DNA of 55,860 nucleotides from contig JBOGEA010000001.1 of NCBI GenBank assembly GCA_050743205.1, positions 1-55,860 on the forward strand. The letters run 5' to 3'. Shown piece after piece: positions 50,830 through 55,860 of this stretch (positions within the stretch are counted from its first letter, which is position 1; each line of letters begins with the position of its first letter). The position numbers and the translations under genes are program-made. The notes under the pieces are model-generated. The model was not told where the DNA came from and made no database searches. It worked only from the letters and a program-made list of their open reading frames with translations. Source of the stretch: Egibacteraceae bacterium (lineage in GTDB: Bacteria > Actinomycetota > Nitriliruptoria > Euzebyales > Egibacteraceae).

Positions 50830-52473
50830 ATGTATCGGTTGAACGGAACGACACCTTCAGGCTCTTCTGGCCTGGCCGGTCCGGTTCATCGTGGGAGCAG
50901 AGATATGGAGCTGCCGGCTGCGCAGGAGTGGGACCCAGGTCCCAGCCTTCTCGAGTCCGTCTGGCGTCGACGTCGTATGGTGCTCTTCGTCACGATCCTG
51001 TGTGGCCTGATCGGGTTCGGCAGCGTGCTGCTGTTTCCTTCTCAGTACCAGGCCACGGCTCGGCTGCTGCTCACGAATCCAGGGACCACGGGAGCGTTCA
51101 GGGCCGAGCTGGGCGAAGCCTCGGTGGAGGCGCGTCAGTACCGCGACGGCCAGCTGTTGGTCATGAGGTCCGGCCCGGTCGAGCAGCGGGCTGCGCAGCT
51201 TCTGGGTCAAGGCATGACCGCGGAGGAGCTGGAGCGGCGGGTGCGGGTCGAGGCGAGCGGCGAGTTCGGCAACGTCGAGGTGATCGCCAGCGACCGCGAC
51301 CCACAGCGCGCCGCGGCGATCGCGAACGCGGTCGTGGATGCCTACCAGCAGGTGACGGGTGAAAGCGCACAGGCAAGGACTGACGCCGCGATCGCCCAGC
51401 TGCAGCAGGTGGTCACAGATGTCCAGGGCCGTCTCGCCGACCTCGCCGGGCGCGTCAGGGCCGCTCCGACGGACACCGGGCTCCTGGCTGAGCGTGACGT
51501 GACCATCGAGCGGCTGGCTGCCCTCGAGGAGAAGATCAGCCAGGTGCGGGTCGACGCGGCCGCGTTCGGCTCTGGTGTCAGCTTCCCTGAGCCGGCTCTC
51601 CCGCCCAGAGAGCCCGCGCGGCGGCCGGTCCAGGTGGGTCTGATCAGCGCCATCCTCGGATTGCTCGGTGCGACGGTGCTGGCCTTCTGGCGCGGAGAGC
51701 GGAGAGTCGACGCGCTTGACCCAAGCGATCCGGCGTCGGTCATCGGCGCGCCGCTGCTCGGTGAGATCCCGGAGTTCCGCAAGGCACACGCCAGGGCTCC
51801 GGTCCCGACGGTGACGCATCGCGCCTCCGCGACCGCTGAGGCGTACCAGTTCGTTGTGGCCTCGCTGCGCTACGCGCTGGAGCGGCACGGCGGAAAGACC
51901 GTGCTGATCACAAGCCCGGTGGCTGGCGACGGCAAGACGGTCACCGCGCTCAATCTTGCGATCGCCGCGGGTCGGGACGGTCGCGACGTACTGCTGATCG
52001 ACGGCGACCAGCGGCAGCGTGGACTCTCACGGCTGTGTGAGGTGAGCGACCGACCCGGCCTGACAGACGTCGCCGCCGGGCAGTCCAGCGTGGAGGAGGC
52101 AGTGACCGAATGCGGGCTGGCCGACCCGCCGGTGCCCAGCACAATCGCCGCCGGCTCGGCGGTCGGCGACGTCGCTGGCTTCCTGCGCACGGTCTCCTTC
52201 CGCCGGGCGATGGATCAGCTGAAGGAGAGGCCTGACCTGGTGCTGATCGACTCTCCGCCCCTGCTGGTGGCTTCGGACGCGTTGAGCATCGCCGCGCACG
52301 CTGACGGGGTTGTGGTCGTGATTCGGCGGGGGACGCCGTTGCGCGTGCTGCAGGAGGCGCGCCAGCAGCTCGATCGCGCCGGCACGCCTGTCCTCGGCTA
52401 CGTCTTCAACCGCGGGGACAGCCGGCGGCCGGGATACCGCTACCGGTACAACAACAGCCTGGTCTCAGGCTGA
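50830..52473 (+). CDS. Polysaccharide co-polymerase / tyrosine autokinase (Wzz + CpsD-like ATPase)
   Basis: N-terminal TM plus a coiled periplasmic region. It has ITSPVAGDGKTVTALNLA (Walker A), LIDGDQR and LIDSPPLL, with a Tyr/Arg-rich tail YRYRY. An alternative start lies at 50905. Confidence 0.8.
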   Translation: MYRLNGTTPSGSSGLAGPVHRGSRDMELPAAQEWDPGPSLLESVWRRRRMVLFVTILCGLIGFGSVLLFPSQYQATARLLLTNPGTTGAFRAELGEASVEARQYRDGQLLVMRSGPVEQRAAQLLGQGMTAEELERRVRVEASGEFGNVEVIASDRDPQRAAAIANAVVDAYQQVTGESAQARTDAAIAQLQQVVTDVQGRLADLAGRVRAAPTDTGLLAERDVTIERLAALEEKISQVRVDAAAFGSGVSFPEPALPPREPARRPVQVGLISAILGLLGATVLAFWRGERRVDALDPSDPASVIGAPLLGEIPEFRKAHARAPVPTVTHRASATAEAYQFVVASLRYALERHGGKTVLITSPVAGDGKTVTALNLAIAAGRDGRDVLLIDGDQRQRGLSRLCEVSDRPGLTDVAAGQSSVEEAVTECGLADPPVPSTIAAGSAVGDVAGFLRTVSFRRAMDQLKERPDLVLIDSPPLLVASDALSIAAHADGVVVVIRRGTPLRVLQEARQQLDRAGTPVLGYVFNRGDSRRPGYRYRYNNSLVSG

Positions 52474-52492
52474 CGGCCTTTCCGACGCCGCG

Positions 52493-53647
52493 GTGAGAGT
52501 CCTGCAGATCCACACGCGTTACCGCCAGGCCGGCGGTGAGGATCTCGTTGTCGAGGCCGAGGCGGCCCTTCTGCGGGCCGCTGGGCATGACGTGATCGAG
52601 TGGCACGCCGAGAACCCGGCGCAGCCGCTCGCCGCGGCGGCGGACCTCGCGCGCTCCGCATGGAACACTTCGGCGGCTCGAGGGGTGGGCGAGGTCGCGC
52701 GCAGGCGGCGCCCGGACGTCGCGCATGTGCACAACACCTGGTTCGCGCTGTCGCCGTCCGTGCTCGCGGCACTGCGGCGGGCGTGTGTCCCCGTGGTCAT
52801 GACGCTGCACAACTACCGGCTCGTGTGCGTCAACGGGCTGCTGTTCAGGGACGGACGCGTGTGCGATGACTGCATCGGAGGCGGGCCGTGGCCGGCCGTG
52901 CGCCATCGCTGCTACCGGAGCTCGGTCGTGGCCTCGACGGTCGCGGCCGCGAGCATCGAGGTGCACCGCAGGCTCCGGACGTGGCAGGACAACGTGGCGC
53001 TGTTTCTCACCCCGACGGAGTTCACGCGCGAGCAGCTCGTGGCCTCAGGGCTCGACCGCGAGCAGGTGCGGGTCAAGCCCCACTTCGTCGCCGACCCCGG
53101 CCCCCGGCCGGCCGCGCCGTCGACTGCGCGGACCGTGCTGTTCGTCGGCCGCCTTTCCGCTGAGAAAGGGCTCGCGGAGCTGCTGGACGCCTGGAGCGCC
53201 GCGGAGACGGACGGCCTCGACCTGCTCCTGCTTGGCGAAGGCCCGCTGCGCTCAGAGCTCGGCCGCGGGCTGCCGGCTGGGGTCCGCCTGACCGGCCGCG
53301 TGTCCCGCGAGCAGCTGCGGGAGACGATGCTGCGCAGCCGGGCGCTGGTCTTTCCCTCGCGTGCCTATGAGACGTTCGGCCTGGTGCTGGCGGAGGCGAT
53401 GGCGGCAGGGCTTCCACCCCTGGCCTCTGACCTGGGAGCCGGCGGAGAGCTCGCGCGCCTGGTGGGCGACGGCTGCTGCGTCTCCGGGAGCGGCCTCGAT
53501 GGCTGGGTCGAAGGGCTTCACCGGCTGCGCGACGACGCGTTCGTCGACGCGATGTCGGGGCGAGCCCGCTCGGTCTACGAGCAGCGCTTCACGCCCAGCC
53601 AGGGGCTGCGGCAGCTGCTGGAGGCATACGAGAGCGTGGCCGCATGA
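52493..53647 (+). CDS. Glycosyltransferase family 4 (GT-B, group 1)
   Basis: MRVLQIHTRY...HVHN at the N-terminus, then FVGRLSAEKG, FPSRAYETFGLVLAEAMAAGLP. Confidence 0.8.
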   Translation: MRVLQIHTRYRQAGGEDLVVEAEAALLRAAGHDVIEWHAENPAQPLAAAADLARSAWNTSAARGVGEVARRRRPDVAHVHNTWFALSPSVLAALRRACVPVVMTLHNYRLVCVNGLLFRDGRVCDDCIGGGPWPAVRHRCYRSSVVASTVAAASIEVHRRLRTWQDNVALFLTPTEFTREQLVASGLDREQVRVKPHFVADPGPRPAAPSTARTVLFVGRLSAEKGLAELLDAWSAAETDGLDLLLLGEGPLRSELGRGLPAGVRLTGRVSREQLRETMLRSRALVFPSRAYETFGLVLAEAMAAGLPPLASDLGAGGELARLVGDGCCVSGSGLDGWVEGLHRLRDDAFVDAMSGRARSVYEQRFTPSQGLRQLLEAYESVAA

Positions 53648-54993
53648 GCCAACTGGGGCTCAGACCCAGCCGGGCGCTCGTCAGCGCGCGCCGTCGCAGG
53701 CTGCCCCCGGTCGACAACGCGCTCGTCCTGCTGGCCGGCGCGCTGATCATCTGGGGTCCGCCCGCGATCCGGCGCGCGACAGCCGATCGTCCACTGAGCG
53801 CCGCGCTCGACAGCCCGCTCTCGCTCGACCCAGCCGCGCTGCTGCAAGTAGCCAGCTGGCTGCTCGCGGCCGTCCTGGCGGGGTTCTGGCTTGTCCGTCA
53901 CCTCGGGCGTGGGACCCTCCCCCTGGATTCGCTGCTCTCAGAGCGGCCGGTCAGGTGGTACCTGCTGTTCGGGTTGATGGCGGTCGCCTCTGCGGCGTAT
54001 TCGGCCTCGCCGCTCTACACCCTGTATTTCGCCCTCCGGATCTTCGTGGGCATGGCCGTGCTGGCCCTGATCGCCTGGCATGGGGGGCCTGACGGCGCGC
54101 GCCGGCTCTTGAGCCTCGCCTTCCTCGTCTTCGGCCTCCAAACGGTCGCGATCAGCGTGCTGTTCCTCATCGATCCCACGCTGGTCGGCGGCATCGATGG
54201 AGGGGTTCGGTTCCGGCTCACCGGCGGGGTGCTGTCCGACTACGGGGCGTCCGCGCTGATCGTAGGCCTTTACTTCCTCACCCTGCTGCTGTTCGGATCC
54301 ACCAGGCGGCAGCGGATCGTCGGCACGGCCGGGTACATCGCCAGTTGGGGCCTGATCGTGGCGTCCGCGACGCGGTCCACGATGGCCTCCGGGCTGCTCT
54401 TCCTCGTCATCATGGCTCTGGCGCACCCGCGCCTGCGCAACAAGGTCGCGCTGCTCGGCCTGATCGCGGTCGTCGCGCTCTTAGGGCTCGTGCCCGCCTT
54501 CGGCCAGTCGGTCTTCGGGGTGCTCACCCGCCAGGGTGAGGGTCTGGAAGACCTCTCAGGGCGTACGGTCGCGTTCACCTACCTGCTCGACCAGTGGCAG
54601 TCCTCGCCCGTTGTCGGCTACGGCTTCGGCGCCGGCACCCGCGCGGCGCTCATCCCGTTCGTGGAGCAGACAGGGCTGGGCATCGGCGCGGGGCACGACA
54701 TGCTGTCCACGGTCCTCGTCGACCTCGGCGCGGTGGGGGCGCTCATCCTGCTGATCGCGCTGATCTCAGCTTGGCGGGGGATGCTCTTGCTCTATAGGTC
54801 CGTTCCCCTGTCAAGCCCCTCACGGATTCTCCTCCATCAACTGATCTGCCTTCTGGCCTGGATCACCCTCAGCGGCCTCGTCGACCCAGGGATCGCCGGC
54901 GGCTCGGTCAGATTCGAGGTAGTGCTGGTCACGATGTGGGCCCTGCGCACTTTCGAGCCTGACAGGTCGTCTTCCGCTCGTCTCAACGTGTAG
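53644..54993 (+). CDS. O-antigen ligase/polymerase-like (Wzy/WaaL family) membrane protein
   Basis: About 10-12 TM segments with a central loop, in a polysaccharide-cluster context. The ATGA overlaps the upstream stop. Confidence 0.65.
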   Translation: MSQLGLRPSRALVSARRRRLPPVDNALVLLAGALIIWGPPAIRRATADRPLSAALDSPLSLDPAALLQVASWLLAAVLAGFWLVRHLGRGTLPLDSLLSERPVRWYLLFGLMAVASAAYSASPLYTLYFALRIFVGMAVLALIAWHGGPDGARRLLSLAFLVFGLQTVAISVLFLIDPTLVGGIDGGVRFRLTGGVLSDYGASALIVGLYFLTLLLFGSTRRQRIVGTAGYIASWGLIVASATRSTMASGLLFLVIMALAHPRLRNKVALLGLIAVVALLGLVPAFGQSVFGVLTRQGEGLEDLSGRTVAFTYLLDQWQSSPVVGYGFGAGTRAALIPFVEQTGLGIGAGHDMLSTVLVDLGAVGALILLIALISAWRGMLLLYRSVPLSSPSRILLHQLICLLAWITLSGLVDPGIAGGSVRFEVVLVTMWALRTFEPDRSSSARLNV

Positions 54994-55037
54994 CGGGATG
55001 GCGTTCGGGTAGCGCCTCGTCGGGTTCCGCTCTTCCT

Positions 55038-55553
55038 CTAGGGTGGGTGGGTGGGGGAGGTTGGTGCGGTCGGTCGCTGCACCCGACGAGGCGCTGCCTT
55101 CCGGTTGCCCCTCGTGGGTGGGGTTGACGCGGTGCGGTCGCCCCAGACCACCAGGGCGGCTGACCCAGGCGGTGCGTTCAGGAGGTACACGAGCGGTTCG
55201 CCGGGCCGCGCGGCAGCGGCGACGTCGTCGAACGTTGGGCGAGCCAGAAGGCGCTCGAAGCCGGGCAGCGCCCGGATCTGGGCCACTGCGGCACGCAAAC
55301 TTCGTGCTGGTGCACTACGTGGTCTTGTTCGAGACCCATCGGCGCGAGTGGAAGACCGCCGACGATGACGCCGACATTGACCCCGTGGCACCCAGCCACC
55401 CCTCGCCGACCACCCCCGGGACGAGGCGCGACCCCTGTTTCGCCGGGGCGCCTCGACGATCGCTTCCGCTTGGCTGGGTGGCACGATCTCATCCTCCAAC
55501 TCCAAACCCTGGAACAGGATTACTGGGCAGGAGATCTGGTCAGCGAAATGCAC
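55038..55553 (-). pseudogene. Mosaic of gene fragments: S9 peptidase C-terminal piece fused to a CHAT-domain-protein piece
   Basis: HFADQISCPVILFQGLE.EDEIVPPSQAEAIVEA is S9/DAP-like. LRAAVAQIRALPGFERLLARPTFDDVAAAARPGEPLVYL.NAPPGSAALVV is typical of the region preceding a CHAT domain. The sequence in between is low-complexity and out of frame. Confidence 0.5.
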
Positions 55554-55782
55554 TGGCGAGCGCTGGCAGTAAAGTCTGCTTGCCTCCAGACCTCCTGACC
55601 TAGAGGGATGAATGTCCTGGTAGAAAGGGTGGGGTCCTCCATCTTCTGACGGTTTTGTGCGTTATTTCCTGCGAGGCCGCGCGTGGTTCGCCGAACCTGG
55701 GCCTCAGGCGGCTCGGCGATGCGGCTGGCCGCGGTTCTCCTCCACACTTTTCTGGACGTTTAGAGCGCCGGGATAAACCGGC

Positions 55783-55860
55783 ATGGAGAAGGAGATGAGA
55801 GAGCTCTACACCGAAGGAGTAGCGACCCACGGTGACCCCGAGTCATGCGTCGTCGTTCGC
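55783..55860 (+). CDS. 5' end of an ORF resembling the N-terminal extension of actinobacterial group II intron reverse transcriptase/maturases (runs off the window)
   Basis: MEKEMRELYTEGVATHGDPESCVVVR compares with the recurring EG(L/V)A.HGGPESC motif I recall at the N-terminus of annotated group II intron RTs. This is memory-based only. Confidence 0.4.
   Translation, partial: MEKEMRELYTEGVATHGDPESCVVVR

Noticed and set aside
55656-55660. GTGCG as the 5' splice site of the putative group II intron
   Set aside because: It lies only about 130 nt before the ORF start, which is too short for intron domains I-III, and no EBS or domain structure could be checked by eye. The boundary is left undefined.

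Overview
This is a high-G+C actinobacterial chromosomal segment, read by eye only with no database searches. Housekeeping blocks sit at both ends. On the left are rsmI and a divergent GT39 protein mannosyltransferase. On the right are the minus-strand panC, DUF2520, folK and folB operon, a pair of ABC exporters, a P450-ferredoxin pair and an EPS/O-antigen-type polysaccharide cluster. Between about 10.0 and 35.5 kb lies a mosaic accessory region full of conflict-type modules and gene wreckage. It holds a frameshifted nucleotidyltransferase cassette, a DUF4258/YgiT-zinc-finger TA pair, and a TIGR04255-like plus HTH operon. It also holds two tandem giant CHAT-protease/NB-ARC STAND/TPR genes with an MNT-HEPN pair nested between them; one copy is nearly intact and the other is decaying. 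Further elements are a Uma2 endonuclease, a split acyl-CoA mutase, two-component systems, an IS701-like transposase remnant, low-G+C cargo genes and a tRNA-Phe 3'-half fragment. The main candidate system is the CHAT-STAND-TPR / MNT-HEPN locus at 14.5-24.3 kb. Other structures the gene list does not explain are: (1) a 99-bp x3.9 in-frame tandem repeat between folK and the next gene, carrying an ORF whose start and stop overlap the flanking stop and start codons (MIRU-like); (2) a family of about 35-bp REP-like palindromes at module borders, including two about 95-bp composite copies in inverted orientation 38.6 kb apart; (3) a conserved about 130-nt leader with a perfect 12-bp palindrome in front of two unrelated low-G+C genes; (4) several diverged segmental duplications of gene 5' ends (Uma2/mutase, response regulator, panC, ABC junction). 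Many long antisense ORFs in the track are GC-driven shadows and were rejected. All family assignments rest on motif recognition and need HMM/BLAST confirmation.
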